From positions 95,668,001 to 95,732,000 of the forward strand of contig NC_086108.1 in NCBI RefSeq assembly GCF_963921235.1: a DNA stretch of 64,000 nucleotides, given 5' to 3'. Below are positions 24,081 through 35,059 of this stretch, one piece after another. The first letter of the stretch is position 1; every line of letters starts with the position of its first letter. The notes beneath the pieces were generated by a model that worked only from the letters and a program-made list of their open reading frames with translations, did no database searches and had not been told where the DNA came from. Source of the stretch: Mobula hypostoma. Lineage: Eukaryota. A program made the translations under genes and the position numbers.

Positions 24081-24200
24081 TTATACCACATTTAGCTGCC
24101 ACTGGCGAAGCATCTCCCAGACAGGGCTACGTTCAATAATCTGAGCTCGGGTCATGGCAATGCGATCACGAACACTGTCTGCATGTGGTTTACTTGTAAC
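24081..24200 (-). CDS. C1orf146: SPO16/C1orf146 (SCRE) terminal exon 5 (VTSKPHADSVRDRIAMTRAQIIERSPVWEMLRQWQLNVV*)
   Basis: tgaag| acceptor, TAA at 24081-83; matches recalled human [31 protein letters not shown]. Confidence 0.93.
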   Translation of the reverse strand, partial: VTSKPHADSVRDRIAMTRAQIIERSPVWEMLRQWQLNVV

Positions 24201-24532
24201 CTTCATAAGGAATAAATATTTGAATCACTGACCATGTTTGAAACATTATACAAGCAATACACAAAAACAAATATAATGATCAGCCTGCAGCATGAGTCCT
24301 CCCTATAAAAAGGTTGTACTTCACTGCCAAATATGCTCTCATTAATTAATTCATTGAAGTATTTATATAAATTAAACTTTCATTCTTAACATTACCAAAT
24401 GGTGAAACTGATAACTACAGTCATCCTTAACAAAATTTCCTTAGAGAACCTGCCTCATATTGGATCATATACTGGACAGTGATATACAAGACTCAAAGTT
24501 TCATTAAATGTTAATATTAGAAGTACATCTAC

Positions 24533-24611
24533 CTTGGCTATCGTAAGCATGCTCCTGACCATGTCACCAGCATTGTGTGAAGGTATGATTTTCAGATTAT
24601 TACCTAGAAAT
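24533..24611 (-). CDS. C1orf146: SPO16/C1orf146 exon 4 ((R)FLGNNLKIIPSHNAGDMVRSMLTIAK)
   Basis: ttttgcag| acceptor, AAG|gtagat donor, 79 nt; matches [27 protein letters not shown]. Confidence 0.93.
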
Positions 24612-24674
24612 CTGCAAAATAAAAATGTATGAAATGTTATATATTTGTGTTAGCCAAGAAAACGAAAGGAGATA

Positions 24675-25115
24675 AAACCAGAGGGCTTAGCAGAGAATTA
24701 CACTTTTTAGCCCATTGAGTCTGCTACGGGATTCCATCATGGCTGATTTATTATCCCTCTCAACCCCATTCTGCTTTGTGCATGTAACCCTTGACACCCT
24801 TACTAATCAAGAACCTATCAATGTCCACTTTAAATATACCCATTGATTTGAGATGTCTATGGCAATGAACTCCACCGATTCAGCACCCTCTAGGTGAAGA
24901 AATTCCTCCTTATTTCTGTTCTAAAGGGACATCCTTGTATTCTGAGGCTAATCCTTCTGGTCCCAGATTCTCCCCCTATTGGAAATATCCTCTCCATGCC
25001 CAATCTATCTAGGCCCTCTAATATTTGGTGTCAAAGAAACCACCCATGCCCCCCTACCCCTACCCCCACCCCCCACGCTCATTCTTCCTGGGATCATTCT
25101 CATAAACCACCTCTG
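24675..25115 (-). mobile_element. CR1 LINE 3' end
   Basis: KKFLLISVLKGHPCILRL antisense signature and CR1 3'UTR. Confidence 0.75.
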
Positions 25116-25444
25116 GGCTAAACCCAAAGCTGGTCAACCTGCAGAGATAAATCTTTTCGTAATAATTTCTTGAGGCTAAATTATTTTAGGCCTGAGTAGT
25201 ATATCAGTTTCTGCTTACTTGGTCAGTGGTACTGGTTTGCCCATTTTTGTATTACTTAATTTAACTATTTGATATACAAATGTATATGTACTATAATTCT
25301 TTTTTATATTAATCATGTATTACATTGTACTGATGCTGCAAAGTTAACAATTTCACAACATAAGCCGGTGATAGTAAACTCGATTTTGATTCTAATTCTG
25401 AACCTGATCTACAATGACACTTCAGTCTCCCAACCTGGAGTTGG

Positions 25445-26190
25445 TGTATGTCAGAATCAGATTTATTATAATTGACATTTTTTGTGAAATTTGTTTTCCA
25501 GCAGCAGTGTAGCGCAATATATGAAAATACTGTAAGTTACAAGACGTAACTGTAACATGTGGGCACGTGGTCAAGTGGTTAAGGCATTCGACTAGCGATC
25601 TGAAGGTCGTGAGTTCGAGCCCCAGCCGAGGCAACGTGTTGTGTCTTTGAGCAAGGCACTTAACCACACATTGCTCTCGACAACACTGGTGCCAAGCTGC
25701 ATGGGTCCTAATGCCCTTCCCTTTGACAATATCAGTGGCGTGGAGAGGGGAGACTTGCAGCATGGGCAACTGCCTGTCTTCCATACAACCTTGCCCAGGT
25801 TGTGAAGTGTGAAGACTTTCCAGGTGCAGATCCATGGTCTCGCAAGACTAATGGATGCCTTTTAACAAGATGTACAAAAATGTAAGTAATTAGTGCAAAG
25901 AGAGAGCAAAATAGTGAGGTGGTGCTCATGGATTCATGGACCATTCAGAAACCTAATGGTGGAGGGGAAGAAGCTGTTCATAAAAACATTGAGGGTGCCT
26001 TCGGGCTGCTGTACCTCCTCCCTAATGGTAGTAATGAGAAGAAGGCATGTCCTGGGTGGTGGGGGTCCTTAATAGCAGAAGCTGCATTCCTAAGGCATCC
26101 CCTACTGAAAATGTTCTTGATGGCGGGATGATAGTGCCCGTGATCGAGCTGGCTAAGTTTACAACCCACTGCAGCTTTTTTCAATCCCGT
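25445..26190 (-). mobile_element. Rex1/Babar-like LINE 3' fragment (with nested SINE)
   Basis: CLRNAASAIKDPHHPGHAFFSLLPLGRRY motif; tcagaatcagatttatta tail. Confidence 0.75.
25561..25864 (+). mobile_element. tRNA-derived SINE
   Basis: Box A TGGTCAAGTGG, box B GTTCGAGCC, followed by SINE body (ttgtgtctttgagcaaggcacttaacc). Confidence 0.8.
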
Positions 26191-26689
26191 TGACGTCTCT
26201 TTTAGTTGAGGTGGCAAAGAGAGCTTAGACAACTTGCCAAAGAATAATAAAAGAAATTCCAATACTATTAGAATATGAACAGCATTAAACTTTGGTCCCA
26301 CAATACCACCAAAAACTTACATTTGTTTACTATACTTTTTAGCTGGTGAATAATTATCTTGTTTGTGGAACAACTGAATAACTTCAAAAGTAATCACTAA
26401 CACCATTCTAATCGCCCTCACCCTCCCCCCCCCCGCCAGCCCGCACCTCGCACCTCGCTTACCCGACAAACCACCACTTTAATATTTCTCTCTGTGATTC
26501 TTCCAGCTAACATTGCTGAGCACTTGGACTACAGGCAAATTTTCATCCATCCGATGGCATGGGGCATTATGGTCTGCCTCTGTTCCAATTACATGCCAAA
26601 TTCCAAACATAAGATATGCTAAGTTTACAAAATTTGAGACCAAGTACTTGGAAAAATGTACCACTCAAAAGTTTTACAAACAAGAGGAC

Positions 26690-26935
26690 ATGAGTTGATA
26701 GTTAAAGGGCAAAAGTTTAGGGGTAACTTCTTTACTCAGAGAGTGGTAGCTGTGTGGAACGAGCTTCCAGCATAAGTGGTTGAGGCAGGTTCGATGTTGT
26801 CATTTGAAGTTAAATTGGACAGCTATATGGACAGGAAAGGAATGGAGGGTTATGGGCTGAGTGCAGGTCGGTGGGACTAGGTGAGAGTAAGAGTTCGGCA
26901 CAGACTAGAAGGGCCGAGATGGCCTGTTTCATATG
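26690..26935 (+). mobile_element. CR1 LINE 3' end
   Basis: aacttctttactcagagagtggtagctgtgtggaacgagct..ggagggttatggg 3' signature. Confidence 0.75.
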
Positions 26936-27095
26936 CACAAGTAAATGTACACTCTGTGGCCACTTTATTACATCCACCTGCTTGTTAATGCAAATATCTA
27001 ATCAACCGATCATGTGGCAGCAACTCAATGCATAATAGCATACAGTTATGGTCAAGGGGTTCATTTATTCTGACAAAACATCAGTATGGGGAAGG

Positions 27096-27604
27096 CAAAC
27101 ATGAGGAAATCTGCAGATACTGGAATTCCTAGCAACACACAAAAAATGCTGGTGAACGCAGCAGGCCAGGCAGCATCTATAGGAAGAGGTACAGTCGACG
27201 TTTCGGGCTGAGACCCTTCGTCAGGACTCACTGAAAGAAGAGACAGTAAGAGATTTGAAAGTGGGAGGGGGAGGAGGAGATCCGAAATGATAGGAGAAGA
27301 CAGGAGGGGGAGGGATGGAGCCAAGAGCTGGACAGGTGATAGGCAAAAGGGATAAGAGATGATCATGGGACAGGAGGCCCAGGGAGAAAGAAAAGGGGAG
27401 GGGGAAGCCCAGAGGATGGGCAAGGAGTATAGTGAGAGGGATAGATGGAGAAAAAGGAGAGAGAAAAAAATATATAATAATAAATAAATGACAGATGGGG
27501 TATGAAGGGGAGGTGGGGCATTAGCGGAAGTTAGAGAAGTCGATGTTCATGCCATCAGGTTGGAGGCTACCCAGACGGAATATAAGGTGTTGTTCCTCCA
27601 ACCT
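27096..27604 (-). mobile_element. Penelope-like element 3' part (ORF end + pLTR)
   Basis: Minus strand RLEEQHLIFRLGSLQPDGMNIDFSNFR*, pyrimidine-rich spacer, then pLTR. Confidence 0.9.
27192..27229 (-). ncRNA. Minimal hammerhead ribozyme motif in the PLE pLTR
   Basis: Minus strand GAGTC-CTGACGA-aGGG(tctcag)CCC-GAAA-CG-TC^GACTG. Confidence 0.65.
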
Positions 27605-27684
27605 CAATGGCTTAGCTGCCTTTCAATAACTTTTAGATATGTAAATACTAAAATTATTAAATAATCCACTTTTATATTAAGTAC

Positions 27685-27856
27685 CTTAGCTGAATTTTAA
27701 ATAGTACATCCCATTCTTTCTGACCATACAGGCCTGCAGACAAAAGCAGGAAACTGTTTCGATGAATGTGGACAAACTGTTCAATGCGCTCCAATGACTT
27801 TGTTTCTGCAGAATTATCACAGAAATCTTGAGTCTCTATTATAATAAATGCAATAC
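27685..27856 (-). CDS. C1orf146: SPO16/C1orf146 exon 3 (GIAFIIIETQDFCDNSAETKSLERIEQFVHIHRNSFLLLSAGLYGQKEWDVLFKIQLR)
   Basis: ttttcacag| acceptor, AG|gtactt donor, 172 nt, phase 1->2; matches [43 protein letters not shown]. Confidence 0.95.
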
Positions 27857-28170
27857 CTGTGAAAATTAAGTGCTGAGAGTCACAAAACCTCAGTGCTTGA
27901 AAAGGGGAAAAAAAGATTAATCATGGATTTTTTTTAGCAACCAATAAAACATTCTGAAGAATAATTCAGTTTGTGCATATGATGATAATCATGTCTTTGG
28001 CATAAAGACATGATTATCCTTTCACCTCAGTCTGCCTTTCATTAAAGCCTTCATTCCTGTCCTCATCACCAATTATCGTTAACATACTCGATCCACATTA
28101 CCCAGGCGATCTTGTTTGTGCCTGAATAAAAATAGGCAAACTGTTTCCGTGCTGTAATTGTTATATGGTT

Positions 28171-29371
28171 ATATCAGAATGGGAATGGGACATGGAATTA
28201 AAATGTGTGGCCACTGGGAGATTCTGCATAGGTGTTCAGCGAAACGGTCTCCCAGCCTGCGTCGGGTCTTGCCAATATATAGAAGGCAGCATCCAGATCA
28301 CCGGACGCAGTATATCACCCCAGCCGACTCACAGGTGAAGTGTCGCCTCACCTGGAAGGACTGTCTAGGGCCCTGAATGGTGGTGAGGGAGGAAGTGTAA
28401 GGGCACGTGTAGCCCTTGTTCTGCTTACAAGGATAAGTGCCGGGAGGGAGATCGGAGGGAAGGGATGGGGTGGGGGGGGGGGAACGAATGGATAAGGGAG
28501 TCGCGTAGGGAGCGATCTCTGCGGAAAGCGGGGCGGGGGGGGGGGGGAGATGTGCTTAGCGGTGGGATCCCGTTGGAGGTGGTGGAAGTTACGGAGAACT
28601 ATATGTTGGACCCGGAGGCTGGTGGGGTAGTAGGTGAGGACACGGGGAACCCTATTCCTAGTGGGGTGACGGGAGGATGGAGTGAGAGCAGGTGTGCGCG
28701 AAATGGGGGAGCAGAGAGCAGAGTTGATGGTGGAGGAAGGGAAGCCCCTTTCTTTAAAAAAAGGACATCTCCTTCGTTCTGGAATGAAAACCCTCATCCT
28801 GAGAGCAGATGCGGCGGAGACGGAGGAATTGCGAGAAGGGGATGGCGTTTTTGCAAGAGACAGGGTGAGAAGAGGAATAGTCCAGGTAGCTGTGAGAGTC
28901 CGTAGGCTTATAGTAGACATCAGTAGATAAGCTGTCTCCAGAGATACAGACAGAAAGATCCAGAAAGGGGAGTGAGGTGTCAGAAATGGAGCAGGTAAAC
29001 TTGAGGGCAGGGTGAAAGTTGGAGGCAAAGTTAATGAAGTCAGCGAGCTCAGCATGCGTGCAGGAAGCAGCGCCAATGCAGTTGTCGATGTAGCGAAGTT
29101 AAAGTGGGGGTCAGATGCCAGTAAAGGCTTGGAACATGGATTGTTCCACAAAGCCAACAAAAAGGCAGGCATAGCTGGGACCCATACGGGTACCCATGGC
29201 TACAACCTTTAGTTTGGAGGAAGTGGGAGGAGCCAAAGGACAAATTATTAAGAGTAAGGATTAATAGACGGAGCAGAGTGGTGGTAGAGAGGAACTGATT
29301 AGGTCTGCAATCCAAAAAGAAGCAGAGAGCTTTGAGACCTTCCTGGTGGGGGATGGAAGTATATAGGGACT
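28171..29371 (-). mobile_element. Penelope-like element body, 5'-truncated: RT + GIY-YIG endonuclease, frameshifted
   Basis: Minus strand: QTK..VAMGTRMGPSYACLFVG, LRYIDNCIG (YIDD->YIDN), RVPRVLTYYP, QSFQVRRHFTCESAGVIYCVR..LLYIGKTRRRLGDRFAEHL. Confidence 0.92.
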
Positions 29372-31199
29372 GGGAAGGAATGTGTTCTACGTGCCTTTGA
29401 TTGTTGGTGGTTTAAATATCTTAGAAACTGCTGATCTCCTGGGATTTTCACACCCAGCAGTCTATAGGATTTACAGAGAATGGTGCAAAAGAACACACTT
29501 GGTGTGCGGCAGTTCTCAGTTTTGTGAGTGAAAAAACCTTGTTGTTGAGAGAGATCTGAGGAGAATAGCCAGACTGGTTCAAGCATACAGGAAGATGCCA
29601 GTATCACAAATAACCAGGCATTACAACAGTGGTGTGCAAAAGAGCACCTCTGAACGCACAACACGTCAAACTTTGAAGTAGGTGGACTACAGCAGCAGAA
29701 GACCATGAACATACACTCAGTGGCCACTTTATTAGGTACCACAGATACCTAATGAAGTGGCCACTGAGTGTATTTACAGGTGCAATATTAAAAAAAAATT
29801 ATTTGCAACAGCATCACAGGCACATAGCATCATATAAGCACAATCCACAAGAAAACACAATTCAACAATTAAATATACACAATTTTACAAGAAAACACAA
29901 TTAGGACAAATAAATGTCCATTTCAGTGCAAAGTGGTTAAAGTGCTGGAAAAGCTATGCAGTCAAAATCTAAAGTCAAGTCAAACAAGGTGTATTTGTTG
30001 GCAGCATTTACAGAATCTGATGGTGAGGACATGGAAATTAATTTAGAGGTTGATATGTGCCCTGTATTTAATTGGAGAAAGTTACAGCTCATCCTTTCTG
30101 CTCTTTCGACTCTGCTGTTTCTTGGAATAAAATATATTGAGGCTGGATTTAGGTTAATAATAGCAATGAGTGCCAGAACACGATGCCAGAAAAAGGATCC
30201 ATAACCCCAGCTGTATGCCATTTTATTCCTTTCCGGCTGGCAGCCAAAGGCAGAATAATTAAAAAATAAAGCTTCAATGATTATGCAATTATGCTGTTGT
30301 TTGGCTACATTAATTCCCACTGATGCCAAAAGATTACACTCAATTACTAAGCTGATCATTGACTTCAGTTGAAATGATAACCAGTAACTAATGGTTAAAT
30401 TGCATTTTTTGCAAATTATGAATGATATTCCACATTTCTGACAATTTCTGTAAAATTTGTGGGTCATGGAAATTGGCAGAGCTACTCCAAGGTAACGTTT
30501 TGCTTCTCAAAATAGAGATTTTTGAAAACCCTTAGTTACATTAGTTGAAGAAATAACAGAGGCTGATTTTTTTTTAAATCATGATTTTTGAGCAGTAAAC
30601 CACATTTCCTAGAAAACTCTCATCTTCCACTACCCCGGTGATTTTTTTTTTATCAACCACAATGCAACTATTTGGATTTGACTGAAATTCAGCAGAGAAA
30701 TGCTGTCAGATTTTTGCCACCTGTTTCAAGGTAAACTCCAGAGGCATATCATGCTGATAACTGTGAAGGTCACTGCAGCCCTGAAATCTTTTACAGTACC
30801 TTGGACTCTTTCCAAGTTGGCAGATGGACTATTAACAACACCTTCAGGCAGCACTGCACAGAGGGTGAAGCATGTATTGTTTCCAAAAGGAAATAAAATG
30901 TTGGTTTCATTTGTTCCAAGGGACAACAGAAGAGCGCAGAATCCTAAACAGAATCAAAATCACTACAGCACTGCTGGAAGCCATTTAGCCTATCAAGTCT
31001 GTGCTGGTTCTTTGATAAGCTAAGGTATCACCTTGGCCTTTTCCCATTGCTCTGTAAGTTGTTTATCTTTGGGTTTTTTTTTGCCCGTTTCCTCCTGAGC
31101 ATTGGATCATCTTTCAGGCAGTGAATTCCAGATTTACTCATAGTGTTAAATAGATTTTCTTCATGTTGTAGATCTTTAGCAAATTACTTTAATCTATTT

Positions 31200-31660
31200 C
31201 CAATGTTTCAGTCTTGGGTAACCTACTGCCCTGCCCCATGTGTCATTTTCTCCCTCTTGATCTACCCAGATCTTTTTACTCACATCAACACCAACTCCAC
31301 ACCCACGAATATCTTTCCCCTTATCCATTTGCCCATCAACACACTCTTCCCACTAGGTCACCTCACCACTGTTGCCACCAGCCTATCCCACCTATTTGGT
31401 TCCATGATCTCCCTTCCTTTCTTACCAGATTCCATTGTCTTCACCTATAACTTTTATTGTTATTTCTAGTCTTTCCTCCTCTTTTGGATCCACCTATTGT
31501 TTGCCAGCTTGTGCTCCACATCTTCTCCTTGCCTCTTTCAGCTGGTTATCTTCCTTCTACTCCTTCAGTCCAAATGAATGGCCTAGACCCGGGCACATCA
31601 ACTGTCCATTTTCTTCCACAGGTCCTACTTGACCCAACAAGATCCTCCATAGTTTTTTTT
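31200..31660 (+). mobile_element. Old PLE 3' end with degenerate pLTR
   Basis: cagtcttgggtaacctactgccc.. then pyrimidine tract and cagtccaaatgaatggcctagacccgggcacatcaactg (eroded hammerhead position). Confidence 0.55.
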
Positions 31661-31809
31661 TCTTTGCAGGCCTACATCATTTAGTTCATGTCCTTGTTCT
31701 TCCTACCAAAATATTCCACCATACCAGAAAAGAAATTGCCTTTAAACTCACAAGAGAGCATAGGCCACCAACTTTTTGCTGTTGATGTTTCTGTAGCAGG
31801 CAATTTCTT

Positions 31810-31940
31810 TTTTTACGAGGTCGAGTTGCTAGCTCAACACTCAACCCAGCACGGATGGAAAGCGTGCATGGGGGCCAACTGGATTCAAACTCAGGACCTT
31901 CCACCCCAAAGTCCAGCGCTGATGCCACTACGCCACCATA
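31810..31940 (-). mobile_element. tRNA-derived SINE
   Basis: Minus strand TGGCGTAGTGG (box A) .. GAGTTTGAATCC (box B) .. gctgggttgagtgttgagctagcaactcgacctcgtaaaaa. Confidence 0.7.
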
Positions 31941-32493
31941 CCAATTTGGACTGAATTCACTCTGTCACAAATTCATTTCACCAAGCTACATCTTCCCTGT
32001 GTTTTCCTAAGACAACCGTTACATTCCCACCACACCTCCCTTCACCGCTAACATTCTTGTGTTATCTACTGATCTGGAAACTTCCTCCTGCACAATTACA
32101 TCATTAATATGGATCAGAAATAGTGGTTTCAGCACAGAGAACACTGGTCTTTTCTGCATATTGGACAAAGGTAGAATATAGTTTACCACAATTCTATTTT
32201 CAGTACAAAAGCCATTTCCCACCAGATTTGGTTTTGGACATCAGACAAATGCAAATATTTTCCATCTATTGTATCAAATCATTTCACTACTGCAAAATAT
32301 CAGACCATTCCCCTTGGTCTCTTTTCCAGAGAAGAGTCCAAAGCTTATTCAGCCTTTCCTGATAAATATTCCATCACATGTTCCATTTTCATTCTAATTA
32401 TTTTTGCATTTTGACAGTACTCAAAATTCAACTGATAATGTTCAAAATAAATGATCAAAGTACATTTGACTCAACATACTACCTTTCCAAGAT

Positions 32494-32780
32494 TTACCTT
32501 CTTGCAGGCATACACAGTAGAACAAAGTAATACACTAGAAGCAATGAAAATTTTTGCGAAGAACTGACAGTCAGCTGAAGGGCAAAAGACATACTGTGAA
32601 AATACAAATAAGTAATGCTCAGAACATGAGTTATTGAGTCTTTGAAAATGAGTCCACAGGTTGTGGAATTAGTCAGATTTGAGCTGAGTGAAATTATCCA
32701 CATTGGTTCAGAAGCCTGATGATTGAAGGGTAACAACCGTTCCTGAGCCTGGTGGTGTGGGACAAGGCTCCTGTACCTAC
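32494..32780 (-). mobile_element. Rex1/Babar-like LINE or derived SINE 3' end
   Basis: ggttcagaagcctgatgattgaagggtaacaaccgttcctgagcctggtggtgtggga signature shared with other copies. Confidence 0.6.
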
Positions 32781-33004
32781 TGAAGACCAAGATTATCCAC
32801 GGTATTCCTATAGCATGGTTGGAAGAAAGTCTGTCTGTTTAAGATAACTTTCCTGTTTTTCAACTCTAACATACTTCTTGCGGAAATGAATCTTCTCGCA
32901 TACTCTTTTTATGGCCTTATTAATTACATTGATCTCTACTTTTACTGACATGCAACTGTACCTCTGGGCATCTTTGCTCTGCAGTCTTATTCAGAATCTA
33001 TAAA

Positions 33005-33510
33005 GTTTATTGAGATACAGCAGAGCACAGGCCCTTCGAGTCATGCCGCCCAGCAATCTCTCGATTTAATCCCACCTAATCATGGGACAATTTAGTGACA
33101 AATTAACCTGCCAACCAGTACATCTTTGGACTGTGGTAGGAAACCCATGCAGTCACAGGGAGAGCGTACAAACTCCTTACAGGCAGCAATGGGAATTGAA
33201 CCCGTGTCTCTGGTACTATGAGCAGTATTAACCACTACACCACCATGGGCTGCATAGTAGCGTAGTGGTTAACACAACGCTTTACAGTACAGGTGACGCA
33301 AGTTCAATTCCCACCACTGCTGGTTCATTCTCCCTGTGATGTGACCACGTGGGCTTCCTCCGATTGCTCTGGTTTTCTCCCACAGTCCAAATACATACCA
33401 GTTGGTAGGCTGATTGTCATTGCAAGTTGCCCTGTAATTAGGCTAGGGTTAATTGCAGGGTAGTGTGGTTCAAAGGGCCGGAAGGGGTTTTCCACACTGC
33501 ATTTCAATAA
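33005..33510. mobile_element. Two V-SINE-type elements head-to-head (33005-33245 minus, 33250-33510 plus)
   Basis: tRNA-like heads (gtagcgtagtggttaac..gttcaattccc) and V-domain (cgtgggcttcctccgattgctctggttttctcccacagtcc) in opposite orientations. Confidence 0.7.
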
Positions 33511-34241
33511 ATATTCTTCCTAACAATTCCTTATATTGGAATTAATCTTCTCAGTTGTTTTATTCAAGGTAAGTGGATGCTGCTAGCACACCAGTGCTGT
33601 TCAACTGTAAACACTCTTGGTGGTTTTTTTGTCCATTTCAGAAGCAGTTAAAAATCAGCCACATTAGTGAGATTGAACTCAGATCAGTGGCAACTTACCT
33701 TCTCTGAAGGATGTTGGTAAATCAGATTTTTAAAAGACAATCTTGCATATTATGGCCATCATTACGAATACCTAAGCTACATAAGCTTCTAAATTCTAGA
33801 TTTACTCGATTACGTGAATTTAGCAACAGCAACAATAGTAGCATTCGAAGTCACGTCTGTTTGAAGTCCAGACCATTGGACAGGAATTCAGTTATCGTAC
33901 TCCCAATTCAGCAAGTCTAATAGCATTTTCATGCTTGCTTGAAACTAATCTTTTATAGTTTTTTTTTGCATGGAGACGATTCTGAATATCAGATATTGCC
34001 AATGAGTAAGTTCTGATTAGAGCATTCAATATTGTATTAATATAATATTTAGAATTACTAAAACAGTTTGCAGGATAATTTTTGAGTAAGGTGTTGCAAA
34101 ATGTTCCACATTATAGAAAAGTGGATAAATGTGGCAAAATCAGAGTAACAGGGAAAGCTATCCTTCATGTAACAAATTGAATGTGATTAATGTACTTTCT
34201 ATGGTAGCTGCAAAATAGAACTATTATTTAGTTAATTATAC

Positions 34242-34335
34242 CAGAAAGTGGGAAAATGATCGATCCAGTCACCACAGAGTCAGAGAATCTAATTCGTTGG
34301 TGCTGACTTGACAAGGACAAGATAGCTTCATGATG
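34242..34335 (-). CDS. C1orf146: SPO16/C1orf146 exon 2 (HHEAILSLSSQHQRIRFSDSVVTGSIIFPLS-G)
   Basis: tttttccag| acceptor, G|gtataa donor, 94 nt; matches [32 protein letters not shown]. Confidence 0.93.
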
Positions 34336-35059
34336 CTGGAAAAATGTGGAAAACATAATAGATTAAGTAAAAACAAAAACAATCCATCTGTTCACTGAAT
34401 TAATTGATAAATATCAAAGAAATGGTGTTGCTGGCTACAATGAGCACAATATAATTTCATGCATTTATCATTAATTAAAACTATATCATGAAGTCCAACT
34501 AAAATGCTGGAGACACAAGACTGCAGATGCTGAAAACTGGAGCAAAACAACCTGCTGGAGGCATCCTGATGCTGAATCTTGACCTGAATTGTCAACCACG
34601 CCGTTGTCTCCAGATGACGTCTGGCATGCTGAGTTCTTCAAGCAGTTTATTTTACGCTCCGGCTAAAATATTGTGAACACCTATTGCTTAGTTCCATTTT
34701 TTTTTGCTGCAAGATATACTTGAAAATTGTGTAGCACTGAAAGCAACAAGGTACGTCTGCTTCTTGAAAAAAGTTCAATTTCAGTTCACACCCACAATTA
34801 CCATGCCGCTTGGTGGTTTTACTTTCGTGTATCAATCTTTTTTGCAAATGAATCTAAACTAGACATCTAGCTGTAATTTCACTCACGAGATAATGTCAGA
34901 CAGTGAAGGATCTGTATTGTGATAATTCATCGTAATCGAGACTCATATACTTACCCCACGCCAATGCAAATATGCAACAACCAAGGCCATTGGATTTATG
35001 ATCCCTGCATCCAGGTTTATACAACGGCATGGCTGAAAATAACTAATAAATCTGCCTGT

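Larger units (their letters stand above)
26950..29770 (+). mobile_element. Tc1-derived non-autonomous element (MITE) split into 26950-27095 and 29372-29770 by a PLE insertion
   Basis: TA at 26948-49 / 29771-72; TIR cactc(a/t)gtggccactttatta; the halves join as ..aacatcagtatggggaagg|aatgtgttctacgtgc.., which is contiguous in the copy at 53947-54515; GGGAAGG duplicated at 27089-95 / 29372-78. Confidence 0.85.

Noticed and set aside
25561..25635. tRNA gene
   Set aside because: Has A and B boxes but no proper acceptor stem, and runs into a SINE body
28460..28560. G-quadruplex regulatory element
   Set aside because: The G-runs are part of the PLE body; nothing indicates a locus-specific function
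29937..30467. 176-aa ORF as a novel gene
   Set aside because: No recognisable domain, composition typical of translated AT-rich non-coding DNA, no supporting splice structure
34947..34956. U1 snRNA 5' end (ATACTTACC)
   Set aside because: No further U1 similarity; it is the reverse complement of a splice donor (see cassette-exon finding)
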